This document shows, one piece after another, positions 19,224 through 28,436 of a DNA stretch of 55,569 nt (positions within the stretch are counted from its first letter, which is position 1; every line of letters begins with the position of its first letter). Below the pieces are notes generated by a model. That model was not told the origin of the DNA and searched no databases. It was given only the letters and a program-made list of their open reading frames with translations. The stretch comes from a virus (lineage: Duplodnaviria; Caudoviricetes), in the IMG/VR virus record IMGVR_UViG_3300044644_002107, positions 1 through 55,569 of that record; one strand, 5' to 3'. The translations under genes were made by a program, and so were the position numbers.

Positions 19224-19984
19224 GTAAAATTATCGTTTTTGTGAGTAAGAGCACATTTAGTTTTGGGATTTATAAAATACTCATCTTCTTCGCTCAACAT
19301 GCTGGCAACCGCAAACCCATCGCTGGCTAGGGAAGTAGGAACAAACCCCTCTGAATAGCCATAATAGTTTTGTTCGTTTAATTCTATTAAATGTTTCATT
19401 GCTCTGTTTGAATATCTCACAATCGGAAAAAAGCAACCCATGTGCCGTTCAGTAGACTTGTAATTGTCTCCATGACCAGGAGCGAAATGTAACCAATTGC
19501 CGTGAGACCCCATCCTATCATTTGCCTTGCTCACAAAAGGAAACTCTTCATAATCCTTCTTTTTGAAAAGCTGAATTGCTAAAAAGTCTTCTTTGTGGGG
19601 TTCATATTCTGTTAAAAATGGATTTAAATTTGCGTCAAAATAAACATCATCATCAAAGAACCAATAATAATCAAACTGATTATATTTTTTATAAAAAAGC
19701 AGCATTCTAAAATGAGCATAAAAATAATTTGGATTTTGGTGATTACCCCAACGATGCTTTGGGTCTATCGGTCTGTTAAAATTGTGCTTGTCAAAATCTT
19801 TAAGATTGTAAGCATAAACAGGAACGTCTTTGTATGGGTTTGGATTGTTTATTTCCTTGCCTTGATCATCAAATAATACAAAAAAATTTTTAAATTGTTC
19901 GTTTTTGTACTTTAAAAAATTATCATAAAATCCTCCTCCAATTGAACGAGGATATGTGCAAAAAACAACTGCTGTATTATTCAT
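19208..19984 (-). CDS. Putative GT-A glycosyltransferase
   Basis: FDYYWFFDDDVYF, FFPIVRYS and SEGFVPT; lies within a GT operon. Confidence 0.65.
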   Translation of the reverse strand: MNNTAVVFCTYPRSIGGGFYDNFLKYKNEQFKNFFVLFDDQGKEINNPNPYKDVPVYAYNLKDFDKHNFNRPIDPKHRWGNHQNPNYFYAHFRMLLFYKKYNQFDYYWFFDDDVYFDANLNPFLTEYEPHKEDFLAIQLFKKKDYEEFPFVSKANDRMGSHGNWLHFAPGHGDNYKSTERHMGCFFPIVRYSNRAMKHLIELNEQNYYGYSEGFVPTSLASDGFAVASMLSEEDEYFINPKTKCALTHKNDNFTWTWI

Positions 19985-20795
19985 ATTTAGAAGTTAAAAT
20001 ATTGTTCCATTCAGGTATACGATTAAATTGATGAACTATATCAAACGGAGAACCGTTACCAACAATAACTCCATTTTCCAAAGTTGGCAAGCAATATTTT
20101 CGTTCAAGTAGTCTGTCTTTAAAACCCCAAGACTCAAAAAATTGAGTCGGTCCAGCTACAGCACAATGAGCTGCCCAACCATCATTTAAGTTTAATTGTT
20201 TGAGGTTTGGGATTTTATTCAAGGCTACTAAAACGTGTAAAGCTGCTTGATCCTTAATATTGTCTGTATCTGGACTGTTTTCACACATTTCAAACATCTC
20301 GCTATACAAGGGGATTAAAGCTTTTGGTTTTCCTGCAATGACTCCTGAACAGACGACCGGTATAGGTCTGCATATACTGAGATGCTCAGGAAAAAGCTTT
20401 TCTATGTTTCCTGTATTCCAACCCGATTCGTATACGAGAACGCCTTCCTGACCTATAAACACGTCCCAATTGTTAAAATCCAATTTAGAAAAAGGATCGC
20501 TCTGAAAAATAACATCAAACACGTCCGTAATTATAACTTGTTTTTCCTGCAATGTTTTTAGCACATCTAACACGTGTTTAAGTCTTCTGTGAAACATACA
20601 CCACGTGTTACTTTCTTCTACTGGAATTGCTTTGACTCCAAGCTGAGCAACCATTCCCAATTCTTCTTTGGTTGCATTAGCACACACAAGATACACCGTT
20701 CCCTCTGAGCAAGCCATGAAACTTTTAGCCCATACTTTAATTTTGTCAAAGTTACTAGTTATATTATTAGACACTCCGACCAATGCTTTATTCAT
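19977..20795 (-). CDS. Putative GT-A glycosyltransferase (nucleotide-diphosphosugar transferase type)
   Basis: ITDVFDVIFQSDPF, CSGVIAG, DQAALH and IVHQFNR. Confidence 0.75.
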   Translation of the reverse strand: MNKALVGVSNNITSNFDKIKVWAKSFMACSEGTVYLVCANATKEELGMVAQLGVKAIPVEESNTWCMFHRRLKHVLDVLKTLQEKQVIITDVFDVIFQSDPFSKLDFNNWDVFIGQEGVLVYESGWNTGNIEKLFPEHLSICRPIPVVCSGVIAGKPKALIPLYSEMFEMCENSPDTDNIKDQAALHVLVALNKIPNLKQLNLNDGWAAHCAVAGPTQFFESWGFKDRLLERKYCLPTLENGVIVGNGSPFDIVHQFNRIPEWNNILTSKYE

Positions 20796-20843
20796 AATTG
20801 CTGATTTATTTATTTATTTTTTATTTCTTCCAAATACATTTTG

Positions 20844-22103
20844 TTATTTAGATAGTTCTTGACGGATGCGTTCACACCATCCCTTGGATTTTGAGTGGGG
20901 CCACACTACCCAATACGTTGGATGGGTTTCTGTTTGGAACTCTCTCCAAATTTTGTAAAAAGAATCAGTGGTGTTTTGAATTTGTTTAATCTCTTCCTCT
21001 GCTGCATCCTGTCTGTATATCGTTTTATCAAAACTATCATGGAAAGCCACTACCCAAAAATCATAATCCGTTTCAGGCACATCTGCTTTGGGCAAATCAA
21101 TGCAGTGCTTAAAAATTTGTAAGAACGATTTCTCAAATTCTTCTTCTGTGTTAAACTGAGGGTTTGGAGGAGGATTGTGTTCCAAAGTATACTTTTGAAT
21201 TGCTCGTTTCTTAAAAGAGACGCCAGCATACTTTTCGTAATCTAGTAAAGTACGAACACTTCCAAAACCATACTTGCCAAAGTCAATATCATTCACTAAA
21301 CCATCCATTCCAAATAGCTTGCGATTGCGTTCGTGACAATCTTTGTTTTTGACCCACCATTCTTTGTCGTCGTCCCATTGTTTGGTTCTACCTTTTCGTG
21401 TGTACTCATGCCACACGACTACTTTATGTGGATGAAACAAATCATAACCATGTGTAAACGCTCTCACAGCAATTGAAATTTCTTCTCCGTGAAAATAATA
21501 GTTAGGATCATGTTGAACTTCTGTTGCAAAAGCTCCATCAGTAAAACAGAAGTGAGCTGAATAAAAGCGAGCTGGAGCTGGTTCGTCTGGTTTTTGGTGA
21601 TCAGGATAACCAGCAGGCAAAAAGAATATGGCTCCTTCAGGAATGAACCTATCAAAGTTCATCCTCCAAGGAATTTGCACTCGTTCTTCTGGATCTTTCT
21701 CTGGATTAAAGCTAGGAATGTAACTTGTCAACAGAGGTTTTTTATGTCCTTTTGATCTAAGGCCTTCTAACATATTAATCAGCTCTTCGTCCCAATTTTT
21801 TATAAATCTGTGATGGCTGTCTAATTGTAGAGTATATGTTTCGTTGTCGTATTCTTGTTGAATCTTGTTACGGGCCCAACAAGCTCCTTTGCTCTCTTGA
21901 TATGGAATATCTAAGATTTTAAATTTAGGACCTGGTCCAAAACTATCTAGTGTTTCTTGAGAAAGAGTTTCTTCTGGACCATGTTGCCATGCTATGCAGA
22001 AAACTAAATTTTCCGGATGCTTGGCGTTTGAAATACAATCCTTCAAGGTTGGTACGAGCTGAGGATCTCTATATGAAGCAATTTGAATAAAAATGTTTGA
22101 CAT
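20844..22103 (-). CDS. GT60-family polypeptide alpha-GlcNAc transferase (Skp1-Hyp GlcNAcT / Gnt-like)
   Basis: IFIQIASYRDP, GACWARN, LQLDSHHRF (DSH motif) and FHGEEISIAVRAFTHGYDLFHP. ATG at 22103 preferred. Confidence 0.85.
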   Translation of the reverse strand: MSNIFIQIASYRDPQLVPTLKDCISNAKHPENLVFCIAWQHGPEETLSQETLDSFGPGPKFKILDIPYQESKGACWARNKIQQEYDNETYTLQLDSHHRFIKNWDEELINMLEGLRSKGHKKPLLTSYIPSFNPEKDPEERVQIPWRMNFDRFIPEGAIFFLPAGYPDHQKPDEPAPARFYSAHFCFTDGAFATEVQHDPNYYFHGEEISIAVRAFTHGYDLFHPHKVVVWHEYTRKGRTKQWDDDKEWWVKNKDCHERNRKLFGMDGLVNDIDFGKYGFGSVRTLLDYEKYAGVSFKKRAIQKYTLEHNPPPNPQFNTEEEFEKSFLQIFKHCIDLPKADVPETDYDFWVVAFHDSFDKTIYRQDAAEEEIKQIQNTTDSFYKIWREFQTETHPTYWVVWPHSKSKGWCERIRQELSK

Positions 22104-22120
22104 AATGTTGTTGTTTAAAT

Positions 22121-22387
22121 TTAGCGACCCAACCAACTTGTGGCTCCTTGAACGTCCGTTACGTCAAAGTAAATTGCATGACCAATTGAGTTGTTTTCAT
22201 TAACAAGAAACCCTCTTAATTTTCTTGGCGTTTTGGAATAAGGAGTTACTTTTTCTTCAATTAACTCTTTGGTAACATAATATTCCTTACCTTCAAATTG
22301 TTTGGTAATTGCATTGCGGAGAAAATCCCCAACATCTTCGTTTCCTACTTGTTCGGGCCGTACGTGATAAAAAACTGGTTGATTCAC
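22121..22387 (-). CDS. Hypothetical protein
   Basis: 88-aa ORF, GTG start directly after a sigma70-like promoter. Confidence 0.65.
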   Translation of the reverse strand: MNQPVFYHVRPEQVGNEDVGDFLRNAITKQFEGKEYYVTKELIEEKVTPYSKTPRKLRGFLVNENNSIGHAIYFDVTDVQGATSWLGR

Positions 22388-22393
22388 GTATAT

Positions 22394-22422
22394 AAGTTAT
22401 AGCCAAAAAATAAAAAAGTCAA
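22394..22422 (-). promoter_or_regulatory. Sigma70-like promoter for the GT operon, leaderless
   Basis: TTGACT-17-TAACTT-6-GTG, or TTGACT-15-TATAAC. Confidence 0.55.
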
Positions 22423-22425
22423 TGC

Positions 22426-22713
22426 TTAAAACCACAATTCTGAACATTGTCTGGAAATATCTTTAATGAGATTCAAACAAGTTGTAGTTTTGTATCGCAA
22501 AGAAGATAATCTACTTCTCTTTGCTGGACTATGATTGATAGGATTTTCCTCAGCAGCTTTAAGTTTTTTAAAAATTGAATCCATTTTAGAATACACGTCA
22601 GCAATGTCGGAGTCAAAATTTTCGAGAGGAAAAGGCATTGGTTTTTTTGACTTTGGTTCTAAAGCTGATGGATTGACAACATTAAAAACGTTGGCATCTT
22701 TAAACGAATTCAT
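22426..22713 (-). CDS. Hypothetical protein
   Basis: 95-aa ORF with TAAATA 5 nt upstream. Confidence 0.7.
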   Translation of the reverse strand: MNSFKDANVFNVVNPSALEPKSKKPMPFPLENFDSDIADVYSKMDSIFKKLKAAEENPINHSPAKRSRLSSLRYKTTTCLNLIKDISRQCSELWF

Positions 22714-22724
22714 AATTGTATTTA

Positions 22725-23168
22725 TTAAATCATTTGAGCTGCGCTTGATTTAATCTCAACTGATTCGATGTTGGTTTCAATTGATGTTACTGGAGTAGTT
22801 AAAGGAGTTGCTGTAAACTGCATAGCAATACTGTTAACTTGATTGCATGACTCGCACTTAAATGTATTTTTTTGGTTGAGCTGAATAGGAGTTATATTTG
22901 GTTGCTGGCAATAAGAACAATAAATTTTTATTGTAAATTTGGAAAATTGCTCTAATGCTCTGACAGCCAAGTTTTCAGATGTAGTTCTTTCCTTTTGAAT
23001 GAGAAAGGAATTGACTCCAACAAATAAAACGACTTGTACAAGAGCTGAAATCCAAAACCAAGACCAAAACGAACCAAATAAAGAGCTTCCTGCAAATCCG
23101 AATAGCGTTGAAATTGCACCAGTAATTCCAATCGATATTCCCAATATTAATAGTTCAAACTTCTTCAT
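22725..23168 (-). CDS. Two-TM membrane protein with C-terminal zinc ribbon
   Basis: Two hydrophobic segments, then CSYC...CESC. ATG at 23168 overlaps the end of the upstream gene. Confidence 0.7.
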   Translation of the reverse strand: MKKFELLILGISIGITGAISTLFGFAGSSLFGSFWSWFWISALVQVVLFVGVNSFLIQKERTTSENLAVRALEQFSKFTIKIYCSYCQQPNITPIQLNQKNTFKCESCNQVNSIAMQFTATPLTTPVTSIETNIESVEIKSSAAQMI

Positions 23169-23385
23169 GTTGTAGTACTTTATAATACAAAGCGTCAGTT
23201 GCCGTGTCAACATATTTAAGGAGATCCAAGGGCTTTAGATCGAATGTATTAAAATCTAGTTTCTTTTCGTCGCATTTGTCTCCAACAATGTCTACAGCAT
23301 CTTTTAGAGCTGCCCAGCGACAAAGCTCATAAAGATCCATTCCATCGATTGTAATTTGTGGCTTGTTGTTTTTAGTGTGTTTCAT
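23155..23385 (-). CDS. Hypothetical protein
   Basis: 76-aa ORF in a minus-strand operon. Confidence 0.7.
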   Translation of the reverse strand: MKHTKNNKPQITIDGMDLYELCRWAALKDAVDIVGDKCDEKKLDFNTFDLKPLDLLKYVDTATDALYYKVLQHEEV

Positions 23386-23400
23386 CTCCTTTATTATGCG

Positions 23401-23664
23401 TTAGCTGGTTGGACATGACAACGAAATACTTTCTTTATATACATCTTCTGGTAATTGTTCTACAAATGTCAAAATTCCTTTTTGAATCGATTCTGTAAAA
23501 TCTTTAATAGAAAGATAAAAAGGTTCTGCTCCAGGTACATACAAAAACTTATAACTATCTGAAACCATTTCTATAAAAATTAAAAAGTCTCCAGCTCTTT
23601 CAACATTGAAAGCATAAAACCCTCTTGGGATGGGTTTAAGGTTAGTTCTTGTTTTTTTGAACAT
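23401..23664 (-). CDS. Hypothetical protein
   Basis: 87-aa ORF, first gene after a sigma70-like promoter. Confidence 0.7.
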   Translation of the reverse strand: MFKKTRTNLKPIPRGFYAFNVERAGDFLIFIEMVSDSYKFLYVPGAEPFYLSIKDFTESIQKGILTFVEQLPEDVYKESISLSCPTS

Positions 23665-23670
23665 TTTAAT

Positions 23671-23699
23671 ACCTTAATGTATTAAATAAAGTTGTTCAA
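23671..23699 (-). promoter_or_regulatory. Sigma70-like promoter, leaderless
   Basis: TTGAAC-17-TAAGGT-6-ATG. Confidence 0.5.
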
Positions 23700-23726
23700 G
23701 ATCTGTTGCTCAAATAATTAATTAAA

Positions 23727-25610
23727 ATGATTTATAGACCATATACGAATAACGGAGGAGTTCCAGGAAGTTCGACTGGTTCAGTAAAACCTCAACCTTA
23801 TCCTCAAACATCCTTACTAGGAGCATTCGTTTCTCGATTGCCTTATGCCTATCAAATTATTGATGCAATGGTCAAAAACAATCCAAAGTTTGATGATTTT
23901 AAACATCAAACTTCTATGCGGGATGAGATGCTACAAGACCAATCGGTCTTCTTATCACAGCCTGAAGGCAGAGACAATTATAATGTTGGATCTCCGGGAT
24001 CTTTTTTAATCAACAAAGATTACCAAGCATTCGTATATGCTAATATAGATAAAGACAAGCCAAGAAGACTAACGGATTATAGAAGAATGGCAGCTTATGC
24101 TGAGTTGGCTGATTGTTTAGATGAAATTTGTGATGAGTGTATTGTTTCAGACGAGAATGGAGAAATTCTTAAGTTTGAAATAGGTAACGAAAGTTATAGC
24201 AAAACCATACAAGACGAATTGCAGAAAGAATTTAAAAAGTTTGTTACAATATTTGATTTGGAAAATACTGGTTGGGAAAAGTTCCGTCAATTGCTCGTTG
24301 ATGGAGAGTTGTTTTTTGAAAATTTGATAAAACAAGGTAAAGAAGAACTCGGAGTTATCGGGTTAATGTCGATTCCGTCTGAATTGATTAATCCTGTTTT
24401 TCACAATGTGCAAAATGAATTGTTAAAAGGGTATCTTTTACAAAAGCCTATTGTTGGTCCAACAACTTCCCTCAACACAGAAGACCAACAACAATTAATG
24501 TTTTTGCAAAAGGCTCAAGTTTCTTATGTTCATTCTGGATTATGGAATGAATTTAAAACATTTAAATTGCCTTTTGTGGAAAACGCAAAAAGAGCTTACA
24601 GACAATTAAGCTTAATTGAGGACTCTGTTGTCATTTACCGTTTAGTTAGAGCTCCAGAAAGACTTGTATTTAAAGTCTATACCGGAAACATGCCTCCGCC
24701 AAAAGCTGAATCATATATTAAAGGATTAATGATGAAGTACTGGTCTAAAAAGACATTTAACAGTGCTGAAGGAAGAACTGCTAACGTATATGATCCTCAA
24801 TCAATGTTGGATGCTTATTGGTTTCCTGTTGATGCTCAAGGAAAAGGAACAGACGTTAGTACATTGCCGTCCGGAGGTAATTTAGGAGAAATTAAAGACT
24901 TAGATTATTTTTTAACAAAACTTTACAAAAGTCTTAAAGTTCCTATTTCGAGATTTTTAACTGCTGGAGATCCGTTTAAAGACGGAGCAGAAATTACAAG
25001 AGACGAATTACGCTTTGCACGGTTTATTATGAGATTGCAAGCAAGATTTGCAATTGGAATAAAAGAAACATTTATTACTCATTTAAAGTTAAAAGGACTT
25101 TGGAAAGACTACAAACTCAGAGAACAGCATTTAAAGATAAAGTTTAACGAACCAACTTCGTTCATGGCGATGCGTAATCAGCAATTGCTGCAGATGAAGT
25201 TTGAAAATTATAATACAGCTACTCAATCAGAAGCTATTTCTAAATCTTTTGCTCAGAAATATTATCTAAATATGTCAGCAAATGAGATGTTGGAAAACAG
25301 AGAGTGGTTGAGAAAAGACGCTGCTATGACTTGGGAAATTGCTAAAATTACTGAAATGGGTCCAAACTTCAGAGAACAACTAGCATTACAACAACCAGCA
25401 GCTGGAGGAGAAGCTGAGGCTGGAGGAGTTGTAGCTGGAGGAGGGGGAGGCGGAGGAAGTTCTGCTATACCAGAGTTTGGAGCAGGAGGTGGGTCCGAAA
25501 TGCCTCCTCCAACAGGAGAAGAAGCTGCAGGAGGAGCTGAAGCAACCCCAGAAGCTCCTTCTGCTGGAGCTACTCCGACTGCTCCAACTGCTCCTTCTGG
25601 AGTCGTTTAA
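23727..25610 (+). CDS. gp20: Portal vertex protein (T4 gp20-like)
   Basis: YRRMA, LIEDSVVIYRLVRAPERLVFKVYTGNMP, GTDVSTLPSGGNLGEI.D..YF..KLYKSLKVP.SR and EITRDELRF. Confidence 0.97.
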   Translation: MIYRPYTNNGGVPGSSTGSVKPQPYPQTSLLGAFVSRLPYAYQIIDAMVKNNPKFDDFKHQTSMRDEMLQDQSVFLSQPEGRDNYNVGSPGSFLINKDYQAFVYANIDKDKPRRLTDYRRMAAYAELADCLDEICDECIVSDENGEILKFEIGNESYSKTIQDELQKEFKKFVTIFDLENTGWEKFRQLLVDGELFFENLIKQGKEELGVIGLMSIPSELINPVFHNVQNELLKGYLLQKPIVGPTTSLNTEDQQQLMFLQKAQVSYVHSGLWNEFKTFKLPFVENAKRAYRQLSLIEDSVVIYRLVRAPERLVFKVYTGNMPPPKAESYIKGLMMKYWSKKTFNSAEGRTANVYDPQSMLDAYWFPVDAQGKGTDVSTLPSGGNLGEIKDLDYFLTKLYKSLKVPISRFLTAGDPFKDGAEITRDELRFARFIMRLQARFAIGIKETFITHLKLKGLWKDYKLREQHLKIKFNEPTSFMAMRNQQLLQMKFENYNTATQSEAISKSFAQKYYLNMSANEMLENREWLRKDAAMTWEIAKITEMGPNFREQLALQQPAAGGEAEAGGVVAGGGGGGGSSAIPEFGAGGGSEMPPPTGEEAAGGAEATPEAPSAGATPTAPTAPSGVV

Positions 25611-25634
25611 TAATACAAAATAATAAATAGTATT

Positions 25635-27149
25635 ATGCCAGCTACTCCCAATCCCGTTGATACTACTCAAATTTATACCAATTGGTTGGGGGGACGCGTT
25701 CTCGATTATATCGGTTTGCTCAACGGAGTTCCAGCTTATTCATATGGAGATGAACGAATTTATTGGAACGGAACTTTTTGGGGAATGTACAACGTTGTGG
25801 GAGGAAGTGACGTTTTGTATTGGTCTTCCACCAATGACGTTTCTTATCCATGGGAAGTAACTACCTGGACTCCCTCAGTTCCTACTGTTCCTGAAATCTC
25901 TGTATATGTTGTGGCAGGATCAGTTCCTCCTACTCCGACTCCTACTGAAACAGAGACCCCAACGCCAACACCAACAGAATCTTCCACACCAACTCCAACG
26001 CCAACAGAATCTTCAACACCAACTCCAACGCCAACAGAATCTTCAACACCAACACCAACTCCAACAGAGACGGAAATTCCAACACCAACTCCAACACCAA
26101 CAGAATCTTCAACACCAACACCAACTCCAACATCTACTCCAACACCAACGCAATCTTCGACTCCTAATCCAACATCAACATCTGCTCCAGTACCAACTCC
26201 CACTCCCACAAAATCTTCAACTCCTGTTCCGACACCTACTGCCTCTCCTACTCAACCTCCTCTTCCGACTCCATTCCCAACATCAGCCTCTGTGTTGCCT
26301 CCTGGATATAATAGAGGAGGAACTACATACAATCCTTCTGTAACTACATATGAAGAGCTGTCCAATCGTTTGCAAAGACAACTCGGAGCTCCTTTAATTA
26401 ATTTAGAAATTTCGGACGAACAAGTTTACGACAACATTACAGACTCTATTGAATATTTCACTAAATGGGCTGGTTATACAGAAGAATACTTAGTATTTGA
26501 TTCTAAGCTTTATGTCAAAGGGGTGGGTATTAAAGTTGATGACCTAATCAACAAAACTTCAGAAATGAGAAGTAGCAGAACACCTACTCTTTCTACTGGG
26601 TTTGATTATGACTTGGCAAGTTGGAGACGCGTAACTGATTGCTTTGAATTTTCAAAGGGAGAAGACACAGGTATCAATACGTTATTTACGATGGAGCAAG
26701 CAATGGCTCAACAAATTTATTCTTCTTATATGGTTGGAAATTTTGGTTTTGATTTAGTTACATGGGAAGTATTAAAAGGATTTATTGACACGAGAAATAA
26801 AGTTCTAGCTATGCAGCCTCAGTTTAGGTTTGACCCAAGAACACAAGTCCTCAGAATTATACCTGAACCTCAAGAAAATCATACCTACTTGGGAATTTTA
26901 GGTTGTTATATTGAGCGACCAATTAAAGATTTAATTAGCGAAAGATGGGTTCAAAAATACGCCCTTGCTTTAACTAAAATTTCCATTGCTCGGGTTCGAG
27001 AAAAATTCTCCGGAACTAATTTATTTGGCGGAGGTCAAGTAAATAGTCAAACTCTGTTAGCTGAAGGCATCAAAGAAAAGGAAGTTCTTGAACAAGAATT
27101 AATGAACAGCTACCAAGACAATGCTCCTCCGACATTTTTTATTGGATAA
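25635..27149 (+). CDS. gp13: Neck protein (T4 gp13-like) with N-terminal extra domain and PT-rich linker
   Basis: [46 protein letters not shown] and C-terminal PPTFFIG. Confidence 0.88.
   Translation: MPATPNPVDTTQIYTNWLGGRVLDYIGLLNGVPAYSYGDERIYWNGTFWGMYNVVGGSDVLYWSSTNDVSYPWEVTTWTPSVPTVPEISVYVVAGSVPPTPTPTETETPTPTPTESSTPTPTPTESSTPTPTPTESSTPTPTPTETEIPTPTPTPTESSTPTPTPTSTPTPTQSSTPNPTSTSAPVPTPTPTKSSTPVPTPTASPTQPPLPTPFPTSASVLPPGYNRGGTTYNPSVTTYEELSNRLQRQLGAPLINLEISDEQVYDNITDSIEYFTKWAGYTEEYLVFDSKLYVKGVGIKVDDLINKTSEMRSSRTPTLSTGFDYDLASWRRVTDCFEFSKGEDTGINTLFTMEQAMAQQIYSSYMVGNFGFDLVTWEVLKGFIDTRNKVLAMQPQFRFDPRTQVLRIIPEPQENHTYLGILGCYIERPIKDLISERWVQKYALALTKISIARVREKFSGTNLFGGGQVNSQTLLAEGIKEKEVLEQELMNSYQDNAPPTFFIG
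25925..26285 (+). repeat. Mucin-like coding repeat ([18 protein letters not shown])n in gp13
   Basis: Imperfect 30-bp tandem units such as ccaactccaacgccaacagaatcttcaaca. Confidence 0.92.
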
Positions 27150-27163
27150 CAATAAATAGCATT

Positions 27164-27442
27164 ATGGATTTCAAATTGTTAGTAGAAGAAGTGTTGTTTG
27201 AAGCTTCATCCAAATGCACAGGCCCTACTAAAAAAACCTCGTCTGACCGCAAAGGAAAAAAGTGGACAAAATGCGCTAGACAATCGGATGGCTCATATAA
27301 AAGAATCCATTGGGGACAAAAAGGCGTTAGGGTAACAGGTAAATCAGGAAACACTACACGCAAAAAAGCGTTTAGAGCTCGTCACAAATGTTCTTCAGCA
27401 AAAGCTGGCAGTCCTCAAGCTGCAGCGTGTTCTGATTGGTAA
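27164..27442 (+). CDS. Small basic Cys-containing protein, probably packaged in the head
   Basis: IHWGQKG...RKKAFRARHKC...CSDW; late motif upstream; N-terminal FKLLVEEVLFE. Confidence 0.7.
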   Translation: MDFKLLVEEVLFEASSKCTGPTKKTSSDRKGKKWTKCARQSDGSYKRIHWGQKGVRVTGKSGNTTRKKAFRARHKCSSAKAGSPQAAACSDW

Positions 27443-27462
27443 ACAAATAAATAAATAAAAAT

Positions 27463-27990
27463 ATGCCATACTATTCTAAAAATAAATGCGTCTATAAAAA
27501 GAAAACAAACAAAAAAGTTGGATGCACTAAAGGTCCGGTTAAAGATTATATGGCAGCTCTTCACGCCAATGTAGAAGAGTCATTAGATTCTTCTGTAAGT
27601 TCAAATTTAGAATTTAAAAATTTAAGATTTCCTTCTAAAAATGTAGCTATTGCAACGTATCACCACTTGTCCAAAAAAGATAGCATTGATTTAATGTTGT
27701 ATTACAAATTAGGAAAAACTGCTGAAGAAGCAGATTATTTATATACGTTAGCAAAGGATAATGGGGATTTGCACGGACAGCCTGTCAAATTTGAGGATCC
27801 TCAGTCACAAGAGTTCTCTCAATTTTGTCAATCAAAAAAACTCAACTTAACTTCAGAAGACGTTGAAATGGCTGGTCAAGATGCTACTCAAAGAATACAA
27901 GACAGTTTTTCTCACGCTCCTAAATTAAATGAGCCTTATGAAGAAGGATTAGAATTTTTTAAAGTATTCCAAACAATAATTGCTGAGTGA
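27463..27990 (+). CDS. Hypothetical late protein
   Basis: 175-aa ORF with TAAATA upstream and a basic N-terminus ending LHANVEE. Confidence 0.7.
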   Translation: MPYYSKNKCVYKKKTNKKVGCTKGPVKDYMAALHANVEESLDSSVSSNLEFKNLRFPSKNVAIATYHHLSKKDSIDLMLYYKLGKTAEEADYLYTLAKDNGDLHGQPVKFEDPQSQEFSQFCQSKKLNLTSEDVEMAGQDATQRIQDSFSHAPKLNEPYEEGLEFFKVFQTIIAE

Positions 27991-28436
27991 AAAGAAATTC
28001 CAGTTTTAAGCAAGGAATATTTACTCCTAAACACCCTGAAAAATATAAAGGCACGTTTCCTATAACATATCGTTCTGGTTGGGAATGCAAGTGCATGTTA
28101 TTGTTTGACCACAACCCAAATATCCTATCGTGGGGGTCAGAAACAATAGTAGTCCCATATCAAAATCCTTTAACTGGACGAGTTAGCAGATATTTTACGG
28201 ATTTTAATATTATCATGAGGGATAAAAACGGACAAGTTAAAAAATTTATTGTTGAAGTCAAACCCCATTCTCAGACGCTTCCTCCAAATCAAAAAAACAG
28301 AAAAACAAAAAGTTTAATGAGACAACAAGCTGAATATGTAAAAAATCAAGCTAAATGGAAGGCTGCGACAGAGTATGGAGAAAAACACGGCTACCAGTTT
28401 GTTATTTTAACAGAAAAACATTTAAACGTAATTTAA
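27987..28436 (+). CDS. gp4: Head completion nuclease (T4 gp4-like, TnsA-like fold)
   Basis: PKHPEKYKG...YRSGWE, WGSE, RYFTDF, VEVKP, NQAKWKAA and FVILTE. Confidence 0.93.
   Translation: MKRNSSFKQGIFTPKHPEKYKGTFPITYRSGWECKCMLLFDHNPNILSWGSETIVVPYQNPLTGRVSRYFTDFNIIMRDKNGQVKKFIVEVKPHSQTLPPNQKNRKTKSLMRQQAEYVKNQAKWKAATEYGEKHGYQFVILTEKHLNVI

Noticed and set aside
25844-26343. Val/Gly-rich and Gln-rich ORFs over the PT tracts (also 17107-17493)
   Set aside because: They are alternate-frame shadows of low-complexity Pro/Thr repeats.
27987-28436. TnsA-like transposase or homing endonuclease
   Set aside because: Motifs and context match the T4 gp4 head-completion protein. There are no transposon ends or partner genes.
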